Counted from the first letter of the stretch, positions 1-11,673 are shown. The stretch is 34,451 bases of DNA from Octopus bimaculoides (GCF_001194135.2 NC_068981.1:7439290-7473740), one strand, 5' to 3'. Numbers and translations are program-made. Notes: a model not told the origin generated them from the letters alone.

Positions 1-54
<54 letters not shown>
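1..54. repeat. (CA)n microsatellite
   Basis: Seen directly. Confidence 0.95.
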
Positions 55-55
<1 letters not shown>

Positions 56-562
56 TTCAACGTCAAAACAATCGCCGCCAATTTATAAAGAATAGGTAAA
101 ATCGCTCTCCGAAGGTGAGAGTCGCATGTCTTTGAACGGAGGAAGAAAGCATTTATTACAAAGATCTTTCCACAGCCGAACCTTATGAAAGAATGGTGCA
201 ACAACACACTTTCAAAGGAGGGGTCGTCTGGAGTGCTTCATGCCATTGAAGCGCCCGAGCTGATACACGAAATTCGACCTGGTTGTGATTGATCAGTGAT
301 AATTAAACTGCATATTGTATGTGCTGGTTTATTAGTTTTTACCTGTGAACTGCAACAAGCAATCAAATAAACTGTAAGAAGTCTTTATTGGTTGTTTGTT
401 GTGTTTGAGTTTGATGCTGATTAATGTGACTAAAGCATCTTCTGCCGTTGAATACGATGGAATAGACAATAGCAGCTGAGTAAATAATAAAACGAAAAGA
501 AATTGTGAGGATGTATAAAACGGACTCCGTTGCTACTTGCACGATAGCAGTAACTAACTAAC

Positions 563-604
<42 letters not shown>

Positions 605-823
605 CTTGTACAAACAAGTAAAGATTACTCAACACAGATGTTGTTGGAGAGAAAATTAGAAGCAGAAGAAAAACTCAAAGAGTGGAAAGAAATATGGACT
701 GCGAGGGAAAGTTTATTTCTTTCTTTATAGGCGAAATTATAGGAGGCAGCCATATTAAATTTATACCAGCAGCAGCAGAGACTAAACATTCAAAGGCAGC
801 TAGAATTTGAGGTACACGAAGAG

Positions 824-826
<3 letters not shown>

Positions 827-891
<65 letters not shown>

Positions 892-945
892 CGGAGAGAG
901 AGAGGAACGGAGAGAGAGAGGAACGGAGAGAGAGAGAGAGAGAGA
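827..945. repeat. (GA)n with 3 embedded GGAACG units (18-bp higher-order repeat)
   Basis: Seen directly. Confidence 0.9.
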
Positions 946-1242
946 GGCGCAGTATGTATGTTGATATTGTTTAGCTGCCGAGTTGCAGAAATAGGAGAAA
1001 TGTAAAGGTAAGAATGGTAATTAAGAAAATGTTAGTAGCTGAGGCGAACAGATGCAAAAGTCTGCGATAGGAGAAAAGGATACAATGTAAGGGGTGTGGG
1101 GTGGGTGGTGGTGGTGGTGGGGGAGATATATTTACCTGTTGAAAAGGGAGTCGAGCCTTTTATAGTGAGATATGAAGGGCTTTTATGAGTACAGTGGAAG
1201 GTTTATAGTAAATAAATAAATATGAATATTTTGTTATAAACA

Positions 1243-1535
1243 TGTGAGGATGCGTGACCCAGCAGGGTGTTGTCTCACGATCGGTAGATCGTGGGTTCGA
1301 TTCCCGGGCCGTGCGGAGCGCTGTGTTCTTGTGCAAAACACTTCACTTCACTTTGCCCCCGTCCACTCAGCTGTAAATGGGTTACCCCACGACGGATCCC
1401 AACCCCTTGATCAGGGGAAATGTTGGCCTACTCGCCTAGACAGCAGGATGGCATCATTCGAAAGGTAAAAACGATGCAAAGTGCATTGTGACCAGCGATG
1501 TATAACAACGTTCGATAATCTTGTCGATCACGTGA
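1243..1535 (+). mobile_element. tRNA-derived CORE-like SINE (type C1) with 9-bp target-site duplication
   Basis: B-box GGGTTCGATTCCC at 1293-1305, then a CORE-like segment (CTGTGTTCTTGTGCAAAACACTTCACTTC...CAGCTGTAAATGGG). TTATAAACA is repeated at 1234-1242 and 1536-1544. Confidence 0.8.
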
Positions 1536-2185
1536 TTATAAACAGTCCTTAAAAGAAAAAAAGAACATAAGGGGTCTACGCATTGATTCTTATTTCTCTT
1601 TACATAATGAGAGAATCATACTCTTGCTACAAAGTCCTGACTTCCATCGGATCAAAGAAAATACTTCGGAGGAAGGTTGGAACCATTTCCCAGCTTTCTA
1701 TGAACTACTACCAGTCACCTGTTCTCAGATCTCGAGAAACATCATGGTTCTAATGTCTTCCGTCGAATGCAGACAACTTTCAGGGGTTCAAAAATCAAGA
1801 CAGATTCTTTTAAAATTCAGTATATTACCGAACTGGCATTTATAGACACAGCGAAGTCAAACAGGGGCAGGCAGTGGTCATGACCTCTGTAGATTATATC
1901 ATTGTAGTCAGAGTTATGTAGACAGCATACAGTTTAAATAACCATAAATGAATAACGAGAAGGATGTCGTGGGGGTGTGGAAGGTGATGTCATAAGTGGA
2001 AGTGTTTAGTGTTGAAATTGCAGTTTAGGAAGAAAAGGAGAAGGGGAAGAAGAGGCATACGTGTTGGGTGGATTCGGGTAGAATGAGAAGGGGAGACGAA
2101 GAAGCATACGTGTTGGGTGGATTGGGGTAGATAGATTATCATGCGTGTTCAAAGGAGTAGAGACAGTTGTAGCAACAAGTAAAAG

Positions 2186-2385
2186 ATATAGACAAGAAAT
2201 AATCCTGAAATTTGTGGGAAGGGGTATAAGTCGATTAGATCGACCCCAGTATACAACTGGTACTTATTCTATCAACCTTGAAAGGATGAAAAGCAATGTC
2301 GACCTTGGCGGAATTCAAACTCAGACGATTAAGACAGACAAAATGCCGCAACGTATTTCGCCCGGCGCGCTAACGATTCTGCCAA
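2186..2385 (-). mobile_element. SINE family A copy
   Basis: Reverse complement matches the 33109-33329 copy (GGCAGAATCGTTAGC head; AAGTACCAG...CTGGGGTCGAT module). Confidence 0.85.
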
Positions 2386-3080
2386 TAATGCAAAGACGGT
2401 GAATCAGAGATTGTCGTGAATTGGTGAATGAAGGTTTGTGAATCGCTCCGTTCGTTTTAGGTGTGTTTTATGAGCAGAAGCATGAGTAGCACCTCATATA
2501 AGGGAGTAGTCTTATGATACTGGTTTGTGTGTGTGTGTGTGGTTTGCAACAGAAGTGGCCCAGATAGAAGATTAGTACTCTTGTATGCTAAATCTTACTT
2601 TGTAGAGAATCAGCTGTGAATAAAACTCAAGTATTTTTTGTCTGAAATCGAAAGCCGATGCCTTATGATAGAGTGCCGACAACAGAGGTCGCTATGAAAG
2701 TTGTAATTCTCTATGTTATTCAAAACTTCAATGTGAGACACACTCTGTTGGTATAAAATATTTCTATTGTTTCAAAAAAATCTACGTTGCCGCGTCATCA
2801 CTTCATATTGTCGAGCCGCAATTATATTGCCACAATCTTAATTTTAACACGAACCTAGAATTGGTATGTAACTATGAATATACAAACGATCGGTTACTAA
2901 GAACAGCGACAGTTGTCCTGGGGCAGTAACGGAACAGGTCTATTGTAGTTATTAAATTTACCAATACTATAGCGCCCAATTACACTTGTGACTGAAGCCA
3001 AGCCTAATCTCGAAAACCACCAAAATGATGGCAGAGTGGAGCTTATCAAAGTTTACACTAGGGAAAATAGCATATATATG

Positions 3081-3261
3081 AGCCTGCTTCCCAATCACAT
3101 GGTTCTGGGTTCAGTCCCACTGCATGGATTCTTGGGCAAGTGCCTTCTACTATATCTGGACCGACCAAAGCCACGTGAATGGATTTGGTAGACGGAAACT
3201 GATAGAAGCTTATTGTATATGCATGTTTATGTATGTGTGTGTGTGTGAGTCTGTGTGTGTG

Positions 3262-3302
<41 letters not shown>

Positions 3303-3495
3303 CTTTATGTCCGTGTATCTCCCCACTGCCACTTGACAACCGATGTGCTTAGTGGTTCGGCAAAAGAGACCGATAGAATAAGTACCAGGCTTAATACAAA
3401 TGCGTACTGGGGTCGATTCATCTGACTAAAAACTTTCAAGGCGATGCCCCAGTATGGCAGCAATCAAATGACTGAAACAAGGAAACGATAAGATA
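3081..3495 (+). mobile_element. SINE family B copy with internal (TG)n
   Basis: GGGTTCAGTCCCACTG head, CTTGGGCAAGTG CORE-like motif, internal (TG)n and GCCCCAGTATGGCAGCAATCAAATGACTGAAACAAG tail; homologous to 31108-31780 and 32020-32414. Confidence 0.85.
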
Positions 3496-5589
3496 TATAT
3501 GTACACACACGCACACACACACACACACACACACGCACACACACACACACACACACATACATACATACATGGGAGAAAAGGAGAAAGAAAATAAAGAGAA
3601 AGATGTTGGTAACCATTTCGGAGGAAGCGGTAGAACCGCAAGGAGGTAACTGAAGGACTGTCGATGGACAATGTTAGAATTCTTCAAATAAATGTTTTAT
3701 TTTTGGTTGTTTATCTTATTTCAAGAATACAAATTCGACACCGAATTTCATGGCTAGATTCTTCCTCTCTCCTCTCAATCAGAAAGAGTTTCCACAACTT
3801 CTCCCCCGATATACCTATAACGAAATCACTGTCAACGTCTCTCTCACTTTTTCCCTCCCACTCTCATCTTTTTCTCCCCTCTTTCAACATATATTTATAC
3901 AGGTGTATGTATATATATAAACACGCACACACACACACGCACACACACACGTACACATATATATATATATAAAAAAAAAGATACGATTTCATTTTATTTG
4001 TTCTTTTCATTCTCTTCCATTTTGATGATATTTTCCCTCTATTCCATTTTAATATTTATCTCCCATGCTAAGCTCCCATCTTGGGCCTTATATTCCATTA
4101 TCTACCCACTCAATATTTCTCGTTTCTCATCTTCCTTATTCACCATTTTCTGTCCCAATTTCCCCAATCCTGTATCCAACATCCAACGAATATACAATAT
4201 AGAAATACATTTCCGTAAAATTATTTTCCATTTTCTTGTTATTTATTTCTTTTATGCATTTATTTATTTATTCCTTTATTCTTCCTCCATTCTTTCTCTG
4301 ACAGATATTTTTGAAATCCTTTTAGTGCATCCAAAAAAATATTATATTCTGGAAATAATGGATAGCTCCTATATTTTGTGTTCTTTCTAAACCATTTTTT
4401 TTTCGAAATCTGTTGTTTTATATTCGTATCTAGTTTTTAAGATCATAAGAAATAGAGGACATGAGAGTTGTGATGTACTAACTATAGCAACGCTATTAGC
4501 AACATAGATTCCAGTGGGATACCAGTAGGATTTACCGGTGTGGAGGAAGGAGTTCTAATTACTATTCAAGGCAGAGGTGTTATTTCAGTGGAGTGAAAAT
4601 TTGTGTCAGCATCATTGTGATAGCAATGTCACCACTGCCTCACATACGACACAGAATATGGTGTAGATTAAGCATCAGTGAAATAGAGGGACATTTGCCT
4701 CTTCTACTTTCCTAATTCTAGAGAATAAGTAAAATAGGAGAGACAAATGTAAAGTAAAAGAAGACGATTTTATCGTAAGAGACAATTCTATAGAATTAGT
4801 AAAAGCAGGACATTATTTTGGAGCTGAATGAAAATGAATTGTTGTGGCGTCCAATGCTGTTCTGAAAAGGTAATTAGAAATTCTAATCTCGATTAAATGA
4901 AATTTCTATAAATAAGTTGGCATTAGACAATATTATATTTGCGATATTTGAATAAAGAAACTGATTAAGATTTGAGATTAAAGTTAAGATAATAATTCAC
5001 TAAGAAAATTGGGGCATCCTTTAATGCGGTTGATCCTAATGCAAGATTTGATAATTTTTCATGCGATTATAAAAGTCAGACAACTAGATATATCTGCGGA
5101 TTAGAGAAATGAACTTACATCAGAGAGTAAGAGATTATAACAGAGATCAGATGTCGGTAGATAACAGACGTTGTCACCGAAGAATTTTTTTTGAGACCAA
5201 GTGAGATCATCAACCAACAGATATTCGTTATGTCATCGAAATCGTAAAACAACACAACTTCACGACAGACTACTTAAGAGAATATATATTGCGAGGGGAC
5301 AGAGTTGATATATAATCATTAACCCCCAATCAAGTGAGTTCTTCAGATCGATGAGGTGTCAGCTTATAAAGGAAAGGTAATTTTTTTTCTATTCTCTTCA
5401 CCAGCTCGCTGTGTCTATATCCAAGAAATATATTCTATAATGGCCCAGTGCATGTTGAATTTACCATTGTAGGCACAGAAATGTAAAACTTAACATTTTA
5501 ATGAAATTTAGTCTGCAGTACTTGCTCAAAGACTATCAATACTATAGCTTCATTAATGAGGTTTTCTGCCAGATTAATTAAACTACATC

Positions 5590-5735
5590 AAGTATTTGCT
5601 TCCTAACCATTTGCTTCTGGGCCCAGTCTCACCGTGTGGCACCTTGGCCAAATATCTTCTGCTATAACCTAGGGCCGACCAAAGCCGTGTGAGTGGATTT
5701 GGTTGACAGAAACTGAAAGAAGCCCGGCCTATATC
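5590..5735 (+). mobile_element. SINE family B 5' fragment
   Basis: GTGGCACCTTGGCCAAATATCTTCTGCTATAACC...GGATTTGGTTGACAGAAACTGAAAGAAGCCCG, running into (ATCT)n. Confidence 0.8.
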
Positions 5736-5745
5736 TATCTATCTT

Positions 5746-5799
<54 letters not shown>

Positions 5800-5836
5800 C
5801 AGAAGATTTTTATTATTATTATCATTATTATTATTA

Positions 5837-5906
<70 letters not shown>
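5732..5906. repeat. (ATCT)n and (ATT)n microsatellites
   Basis: Seen directly; the (ATT)n tract abuts the 3' tail of the minus-strand SINE at 5909. Confidence 0.95.
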
Positions 5907-5908
5907 GC

Positions 5909-6050
5909 TAATCGTTTCTGCTATAGACACAAGGTCTGAAATTTGTGGGAGGAAGTTAGTCGATTACATCGATCCCAGCATTCAACTGGTACTTATTTTA
6001 CCGACCCTGAAAGGATGAAAGGTAGAGTCGACCTCAACGAAATTTGAACT
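5909..6050 (-). mobile_element. SINE family A, 5'-truncated
   Basis: GTCGATTACATCGATCCCAG...AACTGGTACTTATTTTACCGACCCTGAAAGGATGAAAGG matches the other family A copies. Confidence 0.85.
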
Positions 6051-6082
6051 GGAAAGAGAAGGTAAACAACAACAACAACAGC

Positions 6083-6140
<58 letters not shown>

Positions 6141-6840
6141 NNNNNNNNNNNNNNNNNNNNNNNNNNNNNNNNNNNNNNNNNNNNNNNNNNNNNNNNNNNN
6201 NNNNNNNNNNNNNNNNNNNNNNNNNNNNNNNNNNNNNNNNNNNNNNNNNNNNNNNNNNNNNNNNNNNNNNNNNNNNNNNNNNNNNNNNNNNNNNNNNNNN
6301 NNNNNNNNNNNNNNNNNNNNNNNNNNNNNNNNNNNNNNNNNNNNNNNNNNNNNNNNNNNNNNNNNNNNNNNNNNNNNNNNNNNNNNNNNNNNNNNNNNNN
6401 NNNNNNNNNNNNNNNNNNNNNNNNNNNNNNNNNNNNNNNNNNNNNNNNNNNNNNNNNNNNNNNNNNNNNNNNNNNNNNNNNNNNNNNNNNNNNNNNNNNN
6501 NNNNNNNNNNNNNNNNNNNNNNNNNNNNNNNNNNNNNNNNNNNNNNNNNNNNNNNNNNNNNNNNNNNNNNNNNNNNNNNNNNNNNNNNNNNNNNNNNNNN
6601 NNNNNNNNNNNNNNNNNNNNNNNNNNNNNNNNNNNNNNNNNNNNNNNNNNNNNNNNNNNNNNNNNNNNNNNNNNNNNNNNNNNNNNNNNNNNNNNNNNNN
6701 NNNNNNNNNNNNNNNNNNNNNNNNNNNNNNNNNNNNNNNNNNNNNNNNNNNNNNNNNNNNNNNNNNNNNNNNNNNNNNNNNNNNNNNNNNNNNNNNNNNN
6801 NNNNNNNNNNNNNNNNNNNNNNNNNNNNNNNNNNNNNNNN

Positions 6841-6950
6841 GGGGTGTAATTCAGTTGGTTCAGCGGTGGCGGTGTTTCAGCAGTTTTATCGAACATCCAT
6901 CTGTAATACGTTTTCGCAGCTTTAAATTTGTCTCGTTGTTTGCTACGGGG
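6841..6950 (-). other. Candidate exon (3' splice site); downstream end lost in gap
   Basis: On the minus strand a long (CT)n tract, CTAAC branch point (6985-6989) and CTTTCTCAG acceptor (AG at 6951-6952) precede 110 nt open in frame 0 (PRSKQRDKFKAAKTYYRWMFDKTAETPPPLNQLNYT). No family recognised. Confidence 0.3.
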
Positions 6951-7579
6951 CTGAGAAAGAATATAAGAGAGAGGGTGAGAGTTGGTTAGAGAGAGAGAGA
7001 GAGAGAGAGATAGATAGAGAGAGAGAGAGAGAGAGAGGGAGAGAGCGAGAGAGAGAGGGAGAGAGAGAACGTGAGGGAGAGAGAAAGAGGGAGACAGAGA
7101 GGGAACGATAGAATGAGAGTCTGCGACAAAGTGAAACAAAGAAACGGTAAACAGAGTGAATATGGATGGAGTAAAGAGGAAAATATATATAGAGAGAAGC
7201 AGTTAAATGAGAGTGGAGGAGTGAGAGAGATGAAGAGAGACGAAGGGAAAATAATGATGAGTCGACAATGAGAGAGAATTTATAAAAGGAAACAGATAAG
7301 AAGAAAAAAAAAAGTAGAAGAAGAAAACATCGAATTGTGATCGTCATCCGAGAAAGTTGGAAGAGATAAGAAATTTCCAATAAAAATCTGATTCCAAGTA
7401 AGAAAGATTTCTGACAAATTCCCTCAGGTACCGAAAATGATTGAGATTTTGGAAAGAAAGTTTCAGCGATGTTTTCTTTCATTTCAACAAAATATTTTAT
7501 AGGGAGACGTCGTTTTGGGCCGGAATTTCTGTCGCATTGTTGTTTTTGTTGCAATTTCAATTATGGCGTCGAAAGGAAA

Positions 7580-7586
7580 ACAACAA

Positions 7587-7652
<66 letters not shown>
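7580..7652 (+). repeat. (CAG/CAA)n trinucleotide tract
   Basis: 24 consecutive CAA/CAG triplets, in frame with an upstream ATG at 7563. Confidence 0.95.
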
Positions 7653-9299
7653 ATAACAGAAAAAGTACGGAAGTATTGATTATGTATAAAAATATTTAGT
7701 TCGATCTCCCCTATGTCATTCGTAAATAAAGTCGGATATATTAAAATATTTCACAAGTAGATGGGCATTTCATTAATCAACTGTCCAAATGGCTCTCGGT
7801 AGCAGCAGCAGATTGTACTTATTGCCTTCCATACAAACATTGTAAAAAGAAAAAAGTACTGCCTTCCATAGAAGCATTTTAAAGATTGTTAATAATAAAC
7901 TGGAGCTGTTTCCTTGATTGGATTTCAATGATCAATGTGGGCCTTCATAAACTGGTTTACAGTAAATAGAGTGTATAGAGGGTACATTGTGAAAAGAAGT
8001 AGAATTTGTTGTTTCTGCAAGAATCAAAATTTTCGAGTTAGAACTGAAGAATTTGGTTGAATCAGCAACGAAGTGGGATTTCATTGTTTAGTATTAGATT
8101 ATTACTGACGTTGTCTTCAATGCAGACTGTCGTAAAACTGAAAATAATAGAGAAAAATATGTATAAGATTAGATTTCCCTATCCGTTGCCCCTGTCTGAT
8201 TTTTAATATAAGAAAGAAAAACTATCAAAATGGTGGCAGCAGCATATATTTAGTAGGAACTTGGGTGGAAACTGGTACCTACTAAAGAAGAGAACGCAAT
8301 AAGGTGGCAGATAACTGCATGCCTTTAATAGGTATCCCCGGGGTACCATGATTTCTCTTTGAATACATCAATAAAAAGACATTTAAACATTTTTAAATCG
8401 AAACAAATTCTCTGAAATGAATGAAATGGAATTGGATTTTTGGAATCAAAATAACTTCCAGAAAGATAATACTTGATCATGTCTACTTTTGGAATGGTAT
8501 CTGAATCTGTGTTTAAGGTTTCGAATAAGTTTGCATAGAAAATAATGGCACGCTCTCCAAATTTAATCATTCCATCTTTGAACTTCTCTACATTAAGATC
8601 TGAAACGTTAGATCTTCTCTACCCTGATGACGGGGGCTCGTCTCATCCTATGTTAATTGCATACATACGGCCGCATTTTGTGATCAACTAAATCTACCAA
8701 CATTATGATGGATCTACGAGCCCTCTGAAACAACTGTTGCACTTATAACACCTTTTTGTTTCTCTATCGTTTGTACTCTGTATAAGTTAGATCTATTAAT
8801 ATAAACATCTGCATATTTATACTGAAACAATCATCATCTGAAAGTCTCCACCTTTTGCTTTCTCTCGTTTTGCGTGTATACATATTTTGTATTTCATACA
8901 CTAATATATTCATTATATTTGATGAATGTAATATATTTACAGTATCTGATGTGTCTAATTTGTTTTATCCGCATAATTGCTTCTCTAGCCACTCAACTCG
9001 GTCCCCCTTTTAGCCTTTCTTTACCTTGTGAAGTGATCCCCTGTAAAGACAATGGAGCCTAAGCTTGAATCTTCTGAGCACTACTAAGTGTCATCTAAAC
9101 AGAGAGTATCTGGATCTTGTCTAGAGAAAGAAATGTAAATGGATTTTGAAGGACGAAATCACAGTCGGAATCTTACGGATCCAACTCTTGTGGATGCACT
9201 TTCAGGACTACTTCGAGAATATTCTTTTTTCCTGCCGTTGCCCTGCAATTATAATCAGCAAAAGTTCAACTTATAATGGAGTACGGAAATGTGACGAAC

Positions 9300-10050
9300 T
9301 CATCCACCATTCAACAATTTTGTAAACTGTTTTTTGTTTGGCCTATGTATTGCTCTTGGCATCCAGAGCAGTTTAGTGCGTTTATTAGGTTCACTGAAGC
9401 TCATGTGAAGCTACTTTTCGCTGTGAAACGTTGTCACTGTTTGAAGGAGAACTCTGATCCCTCAATTAAATTGACGCATATCTCACAGTTGGGTCTTCCG
9501 CATTTTATTTACTGATAGCTTCTGTGTTGTTGTTGAGCGTATTCGGGATTGTGTTAGGAGACTTTTCATAGATTTGGGTTATCTCTTGCTTTTTATGATG
9601 GTGTTTGGAGGATTAAGTTCATTCTGTGGTCCTTTTTTAGCAGGGGAATGTTTTGTAGGATGGTGTCGAAGGCTTCATTTCTTGAGAGGGTTGTGTGTGG
9701 CGATGTATGGTAGGGCTTTTAGTTGTAAATCCTTCTTTAATTTGGGATGTCTGAGTTCCTGGATGTTGAGTTGAAGGGTACGTTGAAAGCATGTGTCAAT
9801 TAGTGAAGGTGGGTAGTTGCTGGTGAGGAGTGTATCCTTTAGTTCATGTAGTCGTGAGTACCTGGTGTTTGCAATAGAAACTATAGTACATATCCTTTTT
9901 GCTAGGTTGCAGGGGATATTCATTCTGTTGTGTCTGGGATAGCATAAGTTGAATGGTAGATATTGCTTGGAGTCCGTGGGCTTATAGTATATATCTGTTT
10001 CTATTACGTTGTTAGATTTCTTAATGAGGATGTCGAGGAAGGGAAGTTGT

Positions 10051-10054
<4 letters not shown>
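9300..10054 (-). mobile_element. Penelope-like element fragment: RT thumb/linker plus GIY-YIG endonuclease, degraded
   Basis: Manual translation gives LPFLDILI...TDIYYKPTDSKQYL...HNP. After frameshifts it gives KCGRPNCEIC (9476-9502) and NLINALNCSGCQEQYIGQT (to 9335). These are hallmark PLE C-terminal motifs, with stops and frameshifts. Confidence 0.9.
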
Positions 10055-10104
<50 letters not shown>

Positions 10105-10257
10105 TTATATATACATGTATTTATATTTACACACATAAACACACACAAACACACGTACACGCACACGCACGCACACATAAATACATACACACACACACAC
10201 ACACACGTATGCATGCATGCATTTCTGTATAGTGCAACTGACGTGAAGAGCACTTAC

Positions 10258-10319
10258 CGATATTGATTATTGACGAAGCCCCATCGCCAGCAGAGCGTCA
10301 GCTCCAGCATGGCAAATGT
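10258..10319 (-). other. Candidate 62-nt exon
   Basis: Minus-strand acceptor CCACTCACAG and perfect donor TCG|GTAAGT (plus-strand ACTTAC at 10252-10257). GC/CpG-rich relative to flanks, with one open frame (TFAMLELTLCWRWGFVNNQY). Confidence 0.3.
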
Positions 10320-10699
10320 CTGTGAGTGGTGACACCGCCAAAAAGAGAAGCTGTAATTCTTGTTGACAGTTTAAAAGAAGTCGATTTTATGCCTATCAGC
10401 ATAAACAGGCGGACAGCAGGTCTCTGGTCAGCTTATGGGCCTATTCGTACTAATCATACTAATACGGCATAAAGAGAAAAGCAAATATACATAAAGGAAT
10501 GTATATAGCCGGAGGTGAGGAAGAGTCCCGACTGTGGAGATTTCTTACTAGTTGCAATTTAAACAGGCAGACACCAGGAGGATGAAGTAGGAAAGAAGTC
10601 CACAGCGTTGATTTGAAATATTTTGGTCGGCAGATGAAGAATATCGTAGGCAAAGGATTAGAAATGATAGAAAAAGTTTTTACTGCTGTTTTTAGAATA

Positions 10700-11039
10700 A
10701 AGATTGCTTGCCAACATAACATGGCAGTCCTGGTTTAGGATGAATGTTGCTGTAATTTAGCCCCAGGAGCCATCGTTTCCAGCTGGCTATACGACACGAT
10801 CTGTGTCCTTATATTTTTGAACAAGGGAATCTAGCACCCCCCACTCAGCTCAAAACAATATTTGTGTATCACGATTTCCGGGTTATTTCCCTTTATCAGC
10901 ACAGAATAATTCCCTTGTTCAAAAATATAAGGACACAGATCGTGTCGTATAGCCAGCTGGAGACGATATCTCCTGGGGCTAAATTACAGCAACATTCGTC
11001 CTAAACCAGGACTGCCGTGTTATGTTGGCAAACAATCTT
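10700..11039. repeat. Long inverted repeat (131-bp arms, 78-nt spacer), likely inverted PLE pseudo-LTR
   Basis: Arms 10700-10830 and 10909-11039 align without gaps, with 6 mismatches by manual comparison. Confidence 0.95.
10859..10908 (-). ncRNA. Minimal type-I hammerhead ribozyme-like motif (core variant, possibly inactive)
   Basis: Minus strand reads UAUUCUGUG-CUGAUAA-AGGG-AAAUAA-CCCG-GAAA-UCGUGA-UA-CACAAAUA. Helix I is 8 bp with one bulge, helix II is GGG/CCC, and helix III is near-palindromic AUCGUGAU. Predicted AUA cleavage falls between 10867 and 10866. Deviations: G8->A and an A.G pair at the base of helix II. Confidence 0.65.
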
Positions 11040-11229
11040 CACTCCAAAGTACTGTTGCTGAATATCTCTTGTTGCGAGATTTAAAAATAGTAATTTTCTA
11101 GTTTTTAGAATAGTTGCGCAATTGGTGCAATTATCTGCATGCTGCTTGCATCGAAATTTTGTGGCAACATATTTCATCTTCAGAAGGAAGGTTTAATGTT
11201 CATAGAGTCTTTCTGAATACTTTCAAGGA

Positions 11230-11460
11230 ACCAGATTGCACTGTCTGGAAAAAAAAATTCTGTAAACGAGACGGAATCACGAGGAGAAATTTCTCAGGCA
11301 TCACGCTCCTTCAAAAAAGCTAATTTGGGATACACAACAAAAACTAATTGAACCTTGAGATCTTTTCCGAAAGCTCGCATTGTTGAAAGCAACCAGACTC
11401 TCCGTGAGTTTGAACTCTTTTTCTCCACTGAAGATATTTATGAAAACATTTGTTAGTCAA
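11230..11460 (+). mobile_element. Possible piggyBac transposase N-terminal relic
   Basis: Translated snippets VWKKK and LREFELFFSTEDIYENIC resemble the piggyBac-type FELFF..E.I..I segment. The match is short and degraded. Confidence 0.3.
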
Positions 11461-11673
11461 GAGAGGGATAATTCACCTTTCAAGAATCGGCCAAAATAAA
11501 CACAAATGAACAAAAACTGCCGCCACTAGATAAATAAGGTGTAACAATCATCATTACATAAATAATGATTAATTTCTGACATAAGGACGCAGTATTTCGT
11601 TTTGTAACCATAATGTACTGTGTCTTATTTCCTGTTAGCAGTGCGATATTCTCATTTTTAAGTTTCTCTATAA

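Noticed and set aside
731-811. 81-nt exon-like segment with good acceptor and GT
   Set aside because: All three frames contain stops and the donor is weak.
1091-1123. G-quadruplex-like tracts (also 13499-13520)
   Set aside because: They are part of low-complexity (GGT)n or short G runs with no supporting context.
8325-8610. Open frame MIKFGERAIIFYANLF...
   Set aside because: Only a vague resemblance to LINE linker regions, with no diagnostic motif.
8582-8640. GAAACGTTA hairpin followed by CTGATGA (hammerhead-like words)
   Set aside because: Helices I and II cannot be formed in any permutation; at most a deleted remnant.
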